A stretch of DNA of 64,000 bases from Bacillota bacterium (GTDB lineage Bacteria; Bacillota; Bacilli; Bacillales; Amphibacillaceae), in assembly GCA_051746745.1 (NCBI GenBank), contig JBNJFJ010000002.1:5420-69419 (forward strand), given 5' to 3'. Shown piece by piece: positions 1-11,213 of this stretch. How positions within the stretch are numbered: position 1 is the first letter of the stretch; each line of letters starts with the position of its first letter. The notes beneath the pieces are model-generated. The model searched no databases, was not told the origin of the DNA, and saw only the letters and a list, made by a program, of their open reading frames with translations. Made by a program: the position numbers and the translations under genes.

Positions 1-2988
1 GACAGTCCCGATTGTTCCCGCTCGGTAAACGTTCTCTTCACCAAATAATACTTTTGTATAGTTGTGAGCCACCGGCTGATAAGCTCCGGAAAAGTTCAAA
101 TCAATATCCGGTACTTTATCACCTTTAAATCCTAAGAACGTTTCGAAAGGAATGTCTTGGCCGTCTTTCTTATAGGGTGTCCCGCATTCGGTACAGTCCT
201 TATCCGGTAAATCAAAACCACTCCCATACTCACCGTTGGTAAAGAAATGATGATGACGGCACTTTGGACAAACATAGTGCGGGGGTAAAGGGTTAACCTC
301 AGTGATTTCAGTGAAAGTCGCAATGAGTGATGATCCAACGGACCCACGTGAACCAACGAGATAACCATCATCGAGTGATTTTTTCACGAGTTTATGCGAG
401 ATCAAATAAATAACCGCAAACCCATGACCAATAATACTTTTTAATTCTTTTTCCATCCGGTTCACGACAAGCTCTGGTAACTCATCCCCGTATAAATTAT
501 GGGCAAAACTATAACTCATATCGCGAATCTCTTGATCGGCCCCCTCAATTTTAGGTGTATAAAGATCATCTTTAACAGGCGTTACATATTCAATCAGATC
601 GCTGATCTTATGTGTGTTCGATATTACGATTTCTTTTGCTTTTTCTTGACCTAAAAACTGAAAAGCTTCCATCATTTCATCCGTCGTTCTAAAATAAGCA
701 TCAGGTAAAGTCTGACGACTCAGCGGATTAGCATTTTGTGACTTAATCAGAATTTGACGGTAAATTTTATCTCGCTCTTCAATATGGTGAACATTGCCCG
801 TTGCGACACATGGCTTGCCTAACTCATCAGCTAACTCCGTAATATTTCGGATTATATCATAGAGCTGTGCCTCATTTTGAATCAGTTCTCGTGTAATGAG
901 CGGATAGTAATTAGCTGGCGGGTGCACTTCAATATAATCATAAAATTCCGCTACTCGAAGGGCCTCGTCTTTTGATTTTTGCATCATTGTTTCAAAGACT
1001 TCGCCTTTGTCACAAGCAGAACCGACTAAAATACCTTCACGTAATTGTGTGAGCTTTGAACGCGGGACCCGCGGGACATAATGGAAATAGTCAATATGGG
1101 CCATAGAAATAATTTTAAACATGTTTTTTAATCCGACTTGGTTTTTAGCTAGTAAGATCGCATGATGCGGTCTTGCGCGCTGATAACTGTTGCCTTCGCC
1201 CATATGGTCGTTAAACTGATTATGATTAAAAATATCGCGTTCTTCTGACTCTTTAATAAGTTTCCATAATAAATACGCTGTTGCTTCCGTATCATAAATC
1301 GCCCGGTGGTGTTGGGTGAGTTCAATATTATAATATTTACATAAGACATTTAATCGGTGACTCTTGAGTTGTGGCAAAATAAATCGCCCTAGTTCAAGTG
1401 TGTCAATAACCGGATTCGTTGCTTCTGGTAATCCCGCCTTAATAAACCCTTGGTTAATGAAGCCCATATCAAAACTGGCATTATGAGCGACTAAGATGTC
1501 GTTGCCCATAAAGTCTTTAAATTCTTTTAGAACGTCTTCGACTTCAGGCGCATCGACTAACATATCATCGGTAATACCCGTTAAATTGATAATTGTCTCA
1601 GACAGTGGCTGATGAGGATTACTGAATCGTTCAAATCGTTCAATGATCTCACCATCTTTTACTTTCACCGCAGCAAGTTCGATAATCGTATCATAGACAG
1701 CGGATAAACCGGTCGTCTCCACATCAAATACGACATAAGTAGCATTCTCTAGAACAATATCCTTTGCATTATAGGCAATAGGGACACCGTCATCAACCAA
1801 GTTGATCTCAACTCCGTACAACATTTTGATGCCTAATTGCTGGGCTTTACCATGCGCCTCTGGAAAACCTTGAGCTCCGGCGTGATCGGTAATGGCCACC
1901 GCTTTATGTCCCCACTTTGCTGCCTGTTCCACAAGCTCGGCCGGTGAAAGAACAGCATCCATTTGCGACATTGTTGTATGCGCATGGAGTTCAATCCGCT
2001 TCTCGTCTTCTGGATACGTATCTTCTCGGGTTGCTACCTTTATTTCATTTAAATCATTCATCATCATGGTTAGCTCATTACTAAACGTATCCGTTTGAAT
2101 CGTCCCTCTGACTTTTACCCACATTCCCTTTTTCACGCGTGCGAGTCGCTCTTTATCACGATCATCACGGGAGAACATTTTCACACTAAAGGAATCGGTA
2201 TAATCCGTGATTTTAGCAATCAATAAATGACGACCTGATTTAAGTTCTCTAATTTCAGCATCAAAGACATAACCTTCAAAGATGATGCGACGGTTTTCTT
2301 CAGTAATTGACTCCATCGACACCGCTTCTTCTTTAATGGGATAACCAATGACGAGCGCTTCATCTTTATTTGGATCATCTGTTTTTACTTTTTGTTGTTG
2401 TTTTTGTTGATCTTCAATCGCTTTTTTCACCATCAGTTTATCTTCTAACGCTTTTTGTTGTTGAAACTTTTGAATATCTTCCGTTTTAATTTCTGTTTCA
2501 CATTCAACTTTCCAGGTAGGTAAGCCGTATTTTAAACAGTAGCTACGAAAGGATTCGTTAAAACGGTTTTTAAGGACGACACTTTCCGTTTCATTGCGTG
2601 CTTTTAAGTATAATTTTTGATCTTTCACCAGTGGCAATTGTTGTTCAATCCAATCGCGATAAGCTGGTGAGAGCACTGCACTTGATTCCAAAAAGTCACG
2701 CCAATAATATTGCATCAATTCCCCATCAACCAATTGCTCCTGTGATTGAATTGTAAAATCAATCGCCGCTACTGATTGAAATGTCTGTTCTAACTTCATC
2801 CGCAATTGTTTAAATATTTGAATCGGTAATACTTGAGGCAATTCAAAATGAAAGACCCATTGCTTTTGTTTTTTGTAAACATCTAATTTCAATAGCTGTG
2901 CGCCACGAAAATAAGCAGATCGGTCAGCTTCTTCAATCTGTAGTTGGTCGAGTAAGATCGTCATTTTTTCCGTTGGTGATGTTTTCAT
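1..2988 (-). CDS. polC: DNA polymerase III PolC-type alpha subunit (3' part runs off the window)
   Basis: Not in the ORF track because it is open at the left edge. ATG at 2988 after SD AGGAGG gives MKTSPTEKMTILLDQLQ. Contains PHP motif ELHAHTTMSQMD, exonuclease YVVFDVETTG, GSRGSVGSS and VPDIDLNFSG, and ends VYRAGTIGTV at position 1 in the same frame. Confidence 0.97.
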   Translation of the reverse strand, partial: MKTSPTEKMTILLDQLQIEEADRSAYFRGAQLLKLDVYKKQKQWVFHFELPQVLPIQIFKQLRMKLEQTFQSVAAIDFTIQSQEQLVDGELMQYYWRDFLESSAVLSPAYRDWIEQQLPLVKDQKLYLKARNETESVVLKNRFNESFRSYCLKYGLPTWKVECETEIKTEDIQKFQQQKALEDKLMVKKAIEDQQKQQQKVKTDDPNKDEALVIGYPIKEEAVSMESITEENRRIIFEGYVFDAEIRELKSGRHLLIAKITDYTDSFSVKMFSRDDRDKERLARVKKGMWVKVRGTIQTDTFSNELTMMMNDLNEIKVATREDTYPEDEKRIELHAHTTMSQMDAVLSPAELVEQAAKWGHKAVAITDHAGAQGFPEAHGKAQQLGIKMLYGVEINLVDDGVPIAYNAKDIVLENATYVVFDVETTGLSAVYDTIIELAAVKVKDGEIIERFERFSNPHQPLSETIINLTGITDDMLVDAPEVEDVLKEFKDFMGNDILVAHNASFDMGFINQGFIKAGLPEATNPVIDTLELGRFILPQLKSHRLNVLCKYYNIELTQHHRAIYDTEATAYLLWKLIKESEERDIFNHNQFNDHMGEGNSYQRARPHHAILLAKNQVGLKNMFKIISMAHIDYFHYVPRVPRSKLTQLREGILVGSACDKGEVFETMMQKSKDEALRVAEFYDYIEVHPPANYYPLITRELIQNEAQLYDIIRNITELADELGKPCVATGNVHHIEERDKIYRQILIKSQNANPLSRQTLPDAYFRTTDEMMEAFQFLGQEKAKEIVISNTHKISDLIEYVTPVKDDLYTPKIEGADQEIRDMSYSFAHNLYGDELPELVVNRMEKELKSIIGHGFAVIYLISHKLVKKSLDDGYLVGSRGSVGSSLIATFTEITEVNPLPPHYVCPKCRHHHFFTNGEYGSGFDLPDKDCTECGTPYKKDGQDIPFETFLGFKGDKVPDIDLNFSGAYQPVAHNYTKVLFGEENVYRAGTIGTV

Positions 2989-3015
2989 AACAGCCCTCCT
3001 CACTATTAGTAACGG

Positions 3016-3043
3016 AAAACCCTTGTTAATTAACAAGGGTTTT
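3016..3043 (-). terminator. Perfect 28-bp palindrome, putative terminator after proS
   Basis: AAAACCCTTGTTAA|TTAACAAGGGTTTT just downstream of the proS stop. Confidence 0.7.
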
Positions 3044-3050
3044 TCGCTAC

Positions 3051-4745
3051 TTATATTGTCTTAACATATGTCATTAACTGTTCTAACGTCATCTCTTGTT
3101 TTTCTTCGTTTGTACGCTCTTTAACTTCCACAATGCCCTCGGTTGCTTTCTTACCGACCGTCACACGGACAGGTAAGCCGATTAAATCACTCTCAGCAAA
3201 CTTCACACCCGCACGTTCTTTTCTATCGTCGTATAACACCTCAATACCAGCATCCGTTAACTGTTGATATAAAGTGTCACCAAGCTCTGCTTGTTCAGCA
3301 TTCTTACTATTAACGACAACGAGGTGAACGTTAAATGGCGCCACTTGTTTTGGCCAAACAATACCAGCATCATCATGGTGCTGTTCTACAATAGCAGCAA
3401 GCGTACGAGAAACACCAATACCATAACAACCCATCGTCAGTGTTTCACTACGACCTTGGTCATTCAAGACTTCTGCGCCTAGTTCTTTCGCATAAAACTG
3501 CCCTAACTTAAATACCTGACCAATTTCGATGCCTTCTGCGAAGGCAATCACACCTTTACCATCTGGTGACTTGTCCCCTACTTGGATAAAGCGAATGTCT
3601 TCATACGTAAACGTACCAAAATCGCGGGCTGGATTGACATTAACGTAGTGATAACCATCTTCATTCGCTCCACACGTCGCATTAGCCACACTCTTCACCG
3701 CTAAGTCACAGATCACTTGAATCTCTTCATTGACAGCAATCGGGCCGAGTGAACCAAAATCAGCGCCTAATTGTTCGCGTGCCTCTACTTCAGAAGCCAT
3801 TTCGACAGTTTCTGCTTGTAAAACATGTTTAAGTTTGATGTCATTCACATCATGGTCCCCACGTGTCACAACTAGCACGTATTGTTCATCTGCTTTAAAC
3901 AGTAAAGACTTTAAGCCTTTTTCAAGTGGGTGACCTAAAAAGTCCGCCACTTCTTGCATCGTCTTTTGATTCGGTGTTGCTACTTTTTCAAGTGTTAAAG
4001 GCGTTTCAGTTGGTGGAGTATAATCATCATATACTTCTGCCATCTCGATGTTTGCGGCATAATCTGACTCTGTTGAATACGCAATTGTATCTTCACCGAC
4101 TTCAGAAAGCGCCATAAATTCGTGCGTATCTTTACCACCCATGGCCCCGGAATCGGCAATAACCGCTCTAAAGTTTAGTCCTAACCGGGTGAAAATTCGA
4201 CTATACGCGTCATACATGGCTTGGTAACTTTCGTCTAAGCTTTCATCTGTAAGGTGGAACGAATAAGCATCTTTCATAATAAATTCACGGCCTCTTAACA
4301 GACCAAATCGTGGACGGCGTTCATCACGGAACTTCGTCTGAATTTGATACAGCGTCAGTGGCAATTGCTTATAACTTCTAACTTCGTCTTTGACAATACT
4401 TGTGACGACTTCTTCATGTGTCGGTCCTAGCACAAATGCCCGATCATGACGGTCGTTTAATCGCATTAATTCTGGCCCCATCTTATCCCAGCGACCAGAT
4501 TCTTGCCATAGTTCGGCTGATTGAAGCGCTGGCATTAGTACTTCATTTCCACCAATCGCATCCATTTCTTCTCTAATCACTTTTTCTACTAAGTTTAATA
4601 CTTTCTTACCGAGGGGTAAAAAAGTATATACGCCTGAGAAATTTTGACGAATAAATCCTGCTCTGAGGAGTAATTGGTGACTTGTCACATCAGCATCAGC
4701 TGGTGTCTCTTTTAATGTTGGTATCAATGTTTGACTTTGTTTCAT
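3051..4745 (-). CDS. proS: Proline--tRNA ligase
   Basis: 564 aa; [30 protein letters not shown], insertion editing domain. Confidence 0.98.
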   Translation of the reverse strand: MKQSQTLIPTLKETPADADVTSHQLLLRAGFIRQNFSGVYTFLPLGKKVLNLVEKVIREEMDAIGGNEVLMPALQSAELWQESGRWDKMGPELMRLNDRHDRAFVLGPTHEEVVTSIVKDEVRSYKQLPLTLYQIQTKFRDERRPRFGLLRGREFIMKDAYSFHLTDESLDESYQAMYDAYSRIFTRLGLNFRAVIADSGAMGGKDTHEFMALSEVGEDTIAYSTESDYAANIEMAEVYDDYTPPTETPLTLEKVATPNQKTMQEVADFLGHPLEKGLKSLLFKADEQYVLVVTRGDHDVNDIKLKHVLQAETVEMASEVEAREQLGADFGSLGPIAVNEEIQVICDLAVKSVANATCGANEDGYHYVNVNPARDFGTFTYEDIRFIQVGDKSPDGKGVIAFAEGIEIGQVFKLGQFYAKELGAEVLNDQGRSETLTMGCYGIGVSRTLAAIVEQHHDDAGIVWPKQVAPFNVHLVVVNSKNAEQAELGDTLYQQLTDAGIEVLYDDRKERAGVKFAESDLIGLPVRVTVGKKATEGIVEVKERTNEEKQEMTLEQLMTYVKTI

Positions 4746-4773
4746 TCTTTATTCCACCTTCTTAAACGTAATC

Positions 4774-6030
4774 TTAAAAGAATAATCGTTGTAAATCATT
4801 CCACGTAACAATAATCATCAGTAACATTAGTAAAGCAAATCCAATAAAGTGGACCAACCCTTCTTTTTCTTGAGAGATTGGCTTACCTCGAACGGCTTCA
4901 ATACCGATGAAAAGTAACCGACCACCGTCAAGGGCGGGAAGCGGTAATAGGTTAATAATCCCTAAATTGACACTAAGCGCCGCTGTCCAAGTTAAGAAAC
5001 TATAAAAACCAGACTGAACAACTTGATCGGTAAAGTCATAAATCCCAACGGGACCAGACAAAGCATCAACAGTAAATTGCCCACTAATGAGCATCGCCAC
5101 ATTGGTAACAATTAATTTTGACCAGTAGAATGTTTCATTCAAACTATAAGGTATCGCTTTTAGCCAAGATTGCTCGACACCACGCATCACACCAATACGA
5201 CCGATGGATTGGTCATCTACCTGATAAGCTTCAGGTGTCATGTCCAGTAACATTGCTTCATCACCGCGTTCGATTGTTAATGATAAGGCTTCATTTGGAC
5301 GACTAGCCACGTATGTTTGAAACTCGACCCATGTGCTAATCGGTTGTTCATCGATCTTAGTAATAACGTCTCCTTCGACTAGCCCCGCCTCATTCGCTGG
5401 TGTATCGGGTAACACTTCACCTACTTCAGCTTCTTCAATTGGAATCCCTTGTAGACCAGCAAGTAAGAAGAATAACACAGCCGTTAAGACAAAGTTCATA
5501 AGTGGACCAGCAAATAATTGCAGTGCCCGTTTTGTTTTTGATTTAGAGCCAAATTGACGATCGTACGGGGCAATTTGGGTCTTTGTTTCATTCATGACAT
5601 AATCCGCTGTTTCGCTTACCGCGTAACGCGATGTGTCTTCTTCACCAACTAAACTACCTTCTATAAATAAATCATGTGTTAAATCCGCTTGTCTCACTTC
5701 AATCACTTCTGCGAGCGGATAGTTTTCTTTGTGATTGATAATAATATCTGTTACTTTCTCGTCTCCATCAAACAACAAGCCAATATGTTGACCAGGTTTT
5801 AATTCAATAATCTCCGGGTCTTCACCGGCGACACGGACATATCCCCCCATCGGAAGGAGACGAATCGTATATAAAGTTTCATTCTTTTTGATTGAGAATA
5901 TTTTTGGTCCAAAACCAATGGCAAATTCTCTGACTAACATGCCCGTTTTTTTAGCAACAATAAAGTGGCCAAACTCGTGAACAAACACAAGTAGACCAAA
6001 CATTAAGATAAACGCAATAACAGTATTCAA
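4774..6030 (-). CDS. rseP: RIP metalloprotease RseP/RasP
   Basis: HEFGH zinc motif, PDZ domain, NLLPLPALDGG; TTG start. Confidence 0.97.
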   Translation of the reverse strand: MNTVIAFILMFGLLVFVHEFGHFIVAKKTGMLVREFAIGFGPKIFSIKKNETLYTIRLLPMGGYVRVAGEDPEIIELKPGQHIGLLFDGDEKVTDIIINHKENYPLAEVIEVRQADLTHDLFIEGSLVGEEDTSRYAVSETADYVMNETKTQIAPYDRQFGSKSKTKRALQLFAGPLMNFVLTAVLFFLLAGLQGIPIEEAEVGEVLPDTPANEAGLVEGDVITKIDEQPISTWVEFQTYVASRPNEALSLTIERGDEAMLLDMTPEAYQVDDQSIGRIGVMRGVEQSWLKAIPYSLNETFYWSKLIVTNVAMLISGQFTVDALSGPVGIYDFTDQVVQSGFYSFLTWTAALSVNLGIINLLPLPALDGGRLLFIGIEAVRGKPISQEKEGLVHFIGFALLMLLMIIVTWNDLQRLFF

Positions 6031-6078
6031 TCAAGTTGCTCCCTTCATTTCAATCTATTTACTTACGTAAATTTGTTT

Positions 6079-6864
6079 TTATCCGATGAATTGAATCAAG
6101 TATAAAAAAGGAAAAACAAATAACCAGCTATCAAAGCGGTCTAAAATACCGCCATGTCCCGGTAATAACTTACCTGAATCTTTGACGTGATAATAGCGTT
6201 TAAAGGCCGATTCCACTAAATCGCCTACTTGACCTACGGCACTTGATAATAAAGCAACGAGTGCCACTATGACAATCGAGTCATGGACAGGAAAGATCAA
6301 GTGAAAAACAACACCTAACGTTGTCGCTAACAACATACCACCGACAGCACCTTCAATCGTCTTATTCGGACTAATCTCTGGCCACAATTTCCGTTTCCCG
6401 AAATAGCGCCCGGAAAAATAAGCCCCTGTATCTGTTGCTAGAATAACAATAATCGCAAAGAAAATATACTCCAATCCAATGCGCTGGGTCTCAATGAAAT
6501 AATGAAAGCCTAAACCAATGTAAATCGCCGTAATAACCATAAAACCAGCGTCTTCAAAAGTAAACTTATTCTTAACGAGCACAGTATAACCTAAGAGCAA
6601 TAAAACTAAACCGATTAACACTTCCTGCTGTGCATCCTTAAGTGGCATGAGTGCATCAATTTGCGGTAATAAGAACACCCATAGAAGCCCCATCGAAAAA
6701 ATCGTTGGCACTAAGTATTTATGCATCTCACGCATATTAAATAACTCATATAATCCTAAGGATGAAATAAGAAGCATGATAGTGTAAAAAGGCCATCCTC
6801 CAAATATAACAAACGGAAAAAACAACAAGATCGCGACAATCGCTGTAATAATTCGTGTTTTCAT
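6079..6864 (-). CDS. cdsA: Phosphatidate cytidylyltransferase
   Basis: Start MKTRIITA at 6864; ISPNKTIEG and PGHGGILDRFDS motifs. Confidence 0.96.
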   Translation of the reverse strand: MKTRIITAIVAILLFFPFVIFGGWPFYTIMLLISSLGLYELFNMREMHKYLVPTIFSMGLLWVFLLPQIDALMPLKDAQQEVLIGLVLLLLGYTVLVKNKFTFEDAGFMVITAIYIGLGFHYFIETQRIGLEYIFFAIIVILATDTGAYFSGRYFGKRKLWPEISPNKTIEGAVGGMLLATTLGVVFHLIFPVHDSIVIVALVALLSSAVGQVGDLVESAFKRYYHVKDSGKLLPGHGGILDRFDSWLFVFPFLYLIQFIG

Positions 6865-6865
6865 A

Positions 6866-7675
6866 TTAATCCTCTTCTTTCTCTTGTAGTCCACCAAAAC
6901 GACGTTTGCGTTGACTATACGCATGTAAAGCTTTCAAAAATTCTTCTTCATCGAAGGCAGGCCAATGCACAGAGCTAAACCAAAATTCACTATAGGCGAG
7001 TTGCCACAGCAAGAAATTACTTAACCTGACTTCTCCACTCGTTCTAATTAATAAATCAGGATCGGGTAATTCCTTTGTATACAAATGTTGGCCGATCACG
7101 TCTTCAGTAATCGCATCAGCTGATAACTGTCCTGTTTCAACTTCTTTGGCAATTTGTTGCACGGCTTCGGTTATTTCAAAGCGCCCCCCATAGTTTAAAG
7201 CAATATTAAGAATCAGACCGGTATTTGACTGTGTTCTTAATACCGCTTCCTCCATCGCTTTCTTCGTATGTTTTGGTAGTTGATCAAAGTAACCAATCAT
7301 CGTCACTTTCACATTTTCTTCAATTAATTCTGGTAAGTAGTGATTGAGAAATTGCGTCGGTAATTTCATTAAAAAATCAACCTCTGCTTTTGGACGCTTC
7401 CAATTTTCTGTTGAGAAAGCATAAATAGTTAAAATCTTCACGCCTTCTCGGTTAGCTACTTTGACGATTCGCTTTACATTATCCATACCTTCTTGGTGCC
7501 CTTTAAATCTAGGGTATCCACGCTCTTTTGCCCACCGACCATTCCCGTCCATAATAATAGCGATGTGATCTGGTATGACTAAGGAAGCATCGCTTCTTTT
7601 ATCTTTTGATACCTTCGTGTTGTCATTTCGATTCAATAATTGACCTAACACATTTTTCGGTTTATACCAAGACAT
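6866..7675 (-). CDS. uppS: Undecaprenyl diphosphate synthase
   Basis: HIAIIMDGNGRWA, FSTENWKRP, IRTSGEVRLSNFLLWQ. Confidence 0.97.
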   Translation of the reverse strand: MSWYKPKNVLGQLLNRNDNTKVSKDKRSDASLVIPDHIAIIMDGNGRWAKERGYPRFKGHQEGMDNVKRIVKVANREGVKILTIYAFSTENWKRPKAEVDFLMKLPTQFLNHYLPELIEENVKVTMIGYFDQLPKHTKKAMEEAVLRTQSNTGLILNIALNYGGRFEITEAVQQIAKEVETGQLSADAITEDVIGQHLYTKELPDPDLLIRTSGEVRLSNFLLWQLAYSEFWFSSVHWPAFDEEEFLKALHAYSQRKRRFGGLQEKEED

Positions 7676-7878
7676 TCATTCATTCACCCTAACCACTCTT
7701 TTTGACTAAACAAAAAGAAGACTTTAAAGATTCTTCATACAGTTTATCATGTATTCTCTATATATTCACTAGTTTCAATTATTTTCTTATGTATGACACT
7801 AAAATTTCTTGATTGTGCAATTTTTCAGCTATGTATGTAAATCATAGACATCATTGATATTTTAAAAGTACCAAGTGA

Positions 7879-7910
7879 AAAGAGGTGTAGCAGATGTGCT
7901 ACACCTCTTT
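7879..7910 (-). terminator. Intrinsic terminator after frr
   Basis: AAAGAGGTGTAGCA-gatg-TGCTACACCTCTTT, 14-bp stem. Confidence 0.85.
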
Positions 7911-7924
7911 ATTTTAAGACATCA

Positions 7925-8482
7925 TCAAACTTCCATAATTTCTGCTTCTTTTTCCTTCGTTAACAGATCAATTTTAGCGATGTATGTGTCTGTGAGTTCT
8001 TGTACATCATCTTGGAACCCGCGTAAATCATCTTCAGTAAGGTCGCCAGCTTTTTCAGCTTTTTTCAAACCATCATTTGCATCACGACGAACATTACGGA
8101 CTTGTACTTTCGCTTCTTCAGCGAATTTACCAACAACTTTGACAAGTTCTTTACGACGCTCTTCAGTTAGTGGTGGAATCGCGATACGAACCACATTTCC
8201 ATCACTTGAAGGTGACAGGCCTAGATCAGCTTTTTGAATCGCCTTTTCAATGTCACCAATTGATGACTTATCAAATGGTGTAATCATAAGAAGACGCGCT
8301 TCAGGAACTGAGATGGTTGACAATTGATTAAGCGGTGTAGGTGCACCATAATAGTCCACATACACACTGTTTAAGATGGCCGGATTGGCACGACCTGCAC
8401 GCACGGTTGCTAGATTGCGTGAGTAAGACTCGATTGATTGATCCATTTTACCTTTTGCCTCTTTAATAATTTGTTCTGACAT
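7925..8482 (-). CDS. frr: Ribosome recycling factor
   Basis: 185 aa; [31 protein letters not shown]. Confidence 0.98.
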   Translation of the reverse strand: MSEQIIKEAKGKMDQSIESYSRNLATVRAGRANPAILNSVYVDYYGAPTPLNQLSTISVPEARLLMITPFDKSSIGDIEKAIQKADLGLSPSSDGNVVRIAIPPLTEERRKELVKVVGKFAEEAKVQVRNVRRDANDGLKKAEKAGDLTEDDLRGFQDDVQELTDTYIAKIDLLTKEKEAEIMEV

Positions 8483-8485
8483 GGT

Positions 8486-9208
8486 TTATTTCCCCCTTAT
8501 AATGGTACCAATTTCCTCACCGGAAACGGCCCGCTTAATATTACCTTCTTGTGTGACATTAAAGACTAATAGAGGTATATCGTTGTCCATACATAGCGAT
8601 GATGCTGTTGAATCCATCACACCTAAACCATCATTTAGCATCTTTAAGTAAGTGAGTTCATCATATTTTGTTGCGGTTGAATCAATCATTGGATCAGCGG
8701 TATAAACACCATCCACATTATTCTTTGCCATTAAAATAACTTCTGCATCAATTTCAGCAGCGCGTAGTGCCGCAGTTGTATCCGTTGAAAAATATGGATT
8801 ACCTGTACCAGCAGCAAAAATCACGACGCGTTTTTTCTCAAGATGACGCATCGCCCGACGTCTAATATATGGTTCAGCTACTTGGCGCATCTCAATGGAT
8901 GTTTGAACACGCGTTTCTACACCGCAGTTTTCTAAGCTGTCTTGTAAGGCGAGTGAATTCATCACCGTCGCTAACATCCCCATGTAGTCAGCATTCGCAC
9001 GGTCCATTCCCATCTCACTGCCAACTTTTCCACGCCAAATGTTGCCGCCACCAACAACAATTGCGACTTCTACACCTAACTCTACGACTTCTTTCACTTG
9101 TTCAGCAACAGATCGAACAATTTTCGGTTCAAGACCATATCCTTGCTCACCACTTAATGCTTCTCCACTTAATTTTAATACAATGCGTTTATAACGTGCT
9201 GCGACCAT
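8486..9208 (-). CDS. pyrH: UMP kinase
   Basis: [24 protein letters not shown]; start at ATG 9208 after GGAGG. Confidence 0.97.
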   Translation of the reverse strand: MVAARYKRIVLKLSGEALSGEQGYGLEPKIVRSVAEQVKEVVELGVEVAIVVGGGNIWRGKVGSEMGMDRANADYMGMLATVMNSLALQDSLENCGVETRVQTSIEMRQVAEPYIRRRAMRHLEKKRVVIFAAGTGNPYFSTDTTAALRAAEIDAEVILMAKNNVDGVYTADPMIDSTATKYDELTYLKMLNDGLGVMDSTASSLCMDNDIPLLVFNVTQEGNIKRAVSGEEIGTIIRGK

Positions 9209-9290
9209 AATTACCTCCATTATGTAGAATTTAATTCTATCTTACATGAACTTTTACTTCTAGACAAATATTTTTAAAGCTTTCCTAAAG

Positions 9291-9317
9291 AAAAGGGAAC
9301 ACGATGTGCTCCCTTTT
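9291..9317 (-). terminator. Intrinsic terminator after tsf
   Basis: AAAAGGGAACAC-gat-GTGCTCCCTTTT hairpin with T-tract on the minus strand. Confidence 0.75.
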
Positions 9318-9339
9318 TAACTTCAATCTGCTTACATCA

Positions 9340-10224
9340 TTATTTTTTAACTTGATTCATTACTTCTTCAGCAAAGTTTTCTTGGCGTTTTTCCATACCT
9401 TCGCCTACTTCATAACGTGCAAAGTCAGCAATTGTTGCGCCTTTATCAGCCACTAACTGCTTCACTTTTTGATCTGGGTCTTTAACAAAGCTTTGTTCTA
9501 ATAAACAAATTTCTTCGAAGAATTTACCTAAACGACCTTCAACCATTTTCTCAACGATATTTTCTGGCTTGCCTTCGTTAAGTGCTTGTTGCTTAAGTAC
9601 TTCACGTTCTTTTTCAACTGTTTCAGCATCTACTGCATCACGTGAAACAAAACGTGGGTTTACAGCAGCAATGTGCATCGCAATATCTTTTGCGAAAGCT
9701 TCATCTGTTGTGCCTTCTAATACTGTAAGAACACCAATGTTACCACCCATATGGATGTATGCACCGAAAGCATCGTTATCAGTTTTTTCAGCAATGATAA
9801 AGCGACGAAGAGAAAGTTTCTCACCGATTTTAGCAATGTTGTTGTTGATGAATGTTTCAACTGTTTCACCATCACCGTGTAACGGTTGTTGTAACGCTTC
9901 TTCAACGTTTGCTGGTTTTTGGCTAAGTAAGTGCTTAGCTAATTCACTTAATAGTGCTTTAAATTGATCATTTTTCGTTACGAAGTCAGTTTCACAGTTG
10001 ACTTCGAATAATACCGCTGTATTACCTTCAGTTAATGTATACGCTGAACCTTCAGCTGCGATACGATCTGCTTTTTTAGCCGCTTTTGAAATACCTTTTT
10101 CACGTAAGTAATCAACTGCTTGATCCATATCACCATCAGTTTCTTGAAGTGCTTTTTTACAGTCCATCATACCTGCGCCTGTTTTTTCACGTAATTCTTT
10201 TACCATACTCGCTGTTACTGCCAT
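9340..10224 (-). CDS. tsf: Elongation factor Ts
   Basis: [25 protein letters not shown]. Confidence 0.98.
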   Translation of the reverse strand: MAVTASMVKELREKTGAGMMDCKKALQETDGDMDQAVDYLREKGISKAAKKADRIAAEGSAYTLTEGNTAVLFEVNCETDFVTKNDQFKALLSELAKHLLSQKPANVEEALQQPLHGDGETVETFINNNIAKIGEKLSLRRFIIAEKTDNDAFGAYIHMGGNIGVLTVLEGTTDEAFAKDIAMHIAAVNPRFVSRDAVDAETVEKEREVLKQQALNEGKPENIVEKMVEGRLGKFFEEICLLEQSFVKDPDQKVKQLVADKGATIADFARYEVGEGMEKRQENFAEEVMNQVKK

Positions 10225-10267
10225 GTAAAATTCCTCCTTAGAATGTAAGTTACTTAGACGTCGCTTT

Positions 10268-10302
10268 AAAAAAGGTGATAAAAGGTTACCCTCTTATCAC
10301 CT
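10268..10302 (-). terminator. Terminator/attenuator hairpin between rpsB and tsf
   Basis: AGGTGATAA...TTATCACCT stem followed by a T-run on the minus strand. Confidence 0.7.
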
Positions 10303-10312
10303 CCGTCAACGT

Positions 10313-11047
10313 TTACTCTTCTGAAGCTACTTCTTCAGTTACTGTTTCTTCAACAGCTTCTTCTTCACCTTGTTTTACTTCTAAAATAGCATCTGCCATT
10401 TTACCAGTAAGTAATTTAACCGCACGGATTGCGTCATCGTTTGCTGGGATGACATAATCAATCTCATCTGGGTCACAGTTAGTATCAACGATACCAACAA
10501 TCGGAATATTTAATTTGTGAGCTTCAGCTACCGCAATACGCTCTTTACGAGGGTCAACGATAAATAAAGCATCAGGAATTTTCTTCATTTCTTTAATACC
10601 GCCTAAGAATTTAACTAGACGATCTTTTTCTTTAAGAAGTCCAACAACTTCTTTCTTAGGAAGGACATCAAATGTACCGTCCTCTTCCATGCGCTCGATG
10701 TCTTTAAGACGATTGATACGCTTACGGATTGTACCGAAGTTAGTTAATGTACCACCTAACCAACGTTGGTTAATAAAGTATTGACCTGAGCGGATTGCTT
10801 CATCTTTAACTGATTCTTGTGCTTGTTTTTTCGTACCAACGAAAAGAACAGTACCACCGTTTTCAGCAACTTCTTTAATGAAGTTATAAGCTTCTTCCAC
10901 TTTCTTCACTGTCTTTTGTAAGTCGATAATGTAGATGCCGTTACGCTCTGTGAAGATATATTTCTTCATCTTTGGATTCCAACGGCGTGTTTGGTGTCCG
11001 AAATGTACACCGGCTTCAAGTAGTTGTTTCATTGAAATAACTGCCAT
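10313..11047 (-). CDS. rpsB: 30S ribosomal protein S2
   Basis: [27 protein letters not shown]; true start at 11047 after AGGAGG. Confidence 0.98.
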   Translation of the reverse strand: MAVISMKQLLEAGVHFGHQTRRWNPKMKKYIFTERNGIYIIDLQKTVKKVEEAYNFIKEVAENGGTVLFVGTKKQAQESVKDEAIRSGQYFINQRWLGGTLTNFGTIRKRINRLKDIERMEEDGTFDVLPKKEVVGLLKEKDRLVKFLGGIKEMKKIPDALFIVDPRKERIAVAEAHKLNIPIVGIVDTNCDPDEIDYVIPANDDAIRAVKLLTGKMADAILEVKQGEEEAVEETVTEEVASEE

Positions 11048-11077
11048 GTTTTTGTTCCTCCTAATAGGTTTTTTATT

Positions 11078-11165
11078 TTCCTCCGCTAACATCCTCAACA
11101 TAAAAGACTTAAACATAAAATATTTAAGCACCCTTTTACATTTCAACTAGCGTGTGTATTTAACA
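11078..11165 (-). ncRNA. rpsB 5' leader (t44 / S2 autoregulatory RNA)
   Basis: Minus strand ACACACGCUA...GGGUGC...UAGCGGAGG matches the conserved S2-leader pattern; boundaries approximate. Confidence 0.75.
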
Positions 11166-11174
11166 CCGAGAATT

Positions 11175-11203
11175 AATATATCATACTTCATCAACGAAGG
11201 CAA
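11175..11203 (-). promoter_or_regulatory. SigA promoter of rpsB-tsf
   Basis: TTGCCT-N17-TATATT with extended TG. Confidence 0.7.
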
Positions 11204-11213
11204 GTATTCACCT

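Noticed and set aside
1-2988. Gap in the ORF track or possible intein in polC; small ORFs at 132, 1149 and 1892
   Set aside because: One continuous PolC frame with motifs at normal spacing; the small ORFs are shadow frames
11048-11146. N-terminal extensions of RpsB (and similarly CdsA, TrmD, SMC, RplS) in the ORF track
   Set aside because: Longest-ORF artefacts; SD position and family N-termini support the downstream starts
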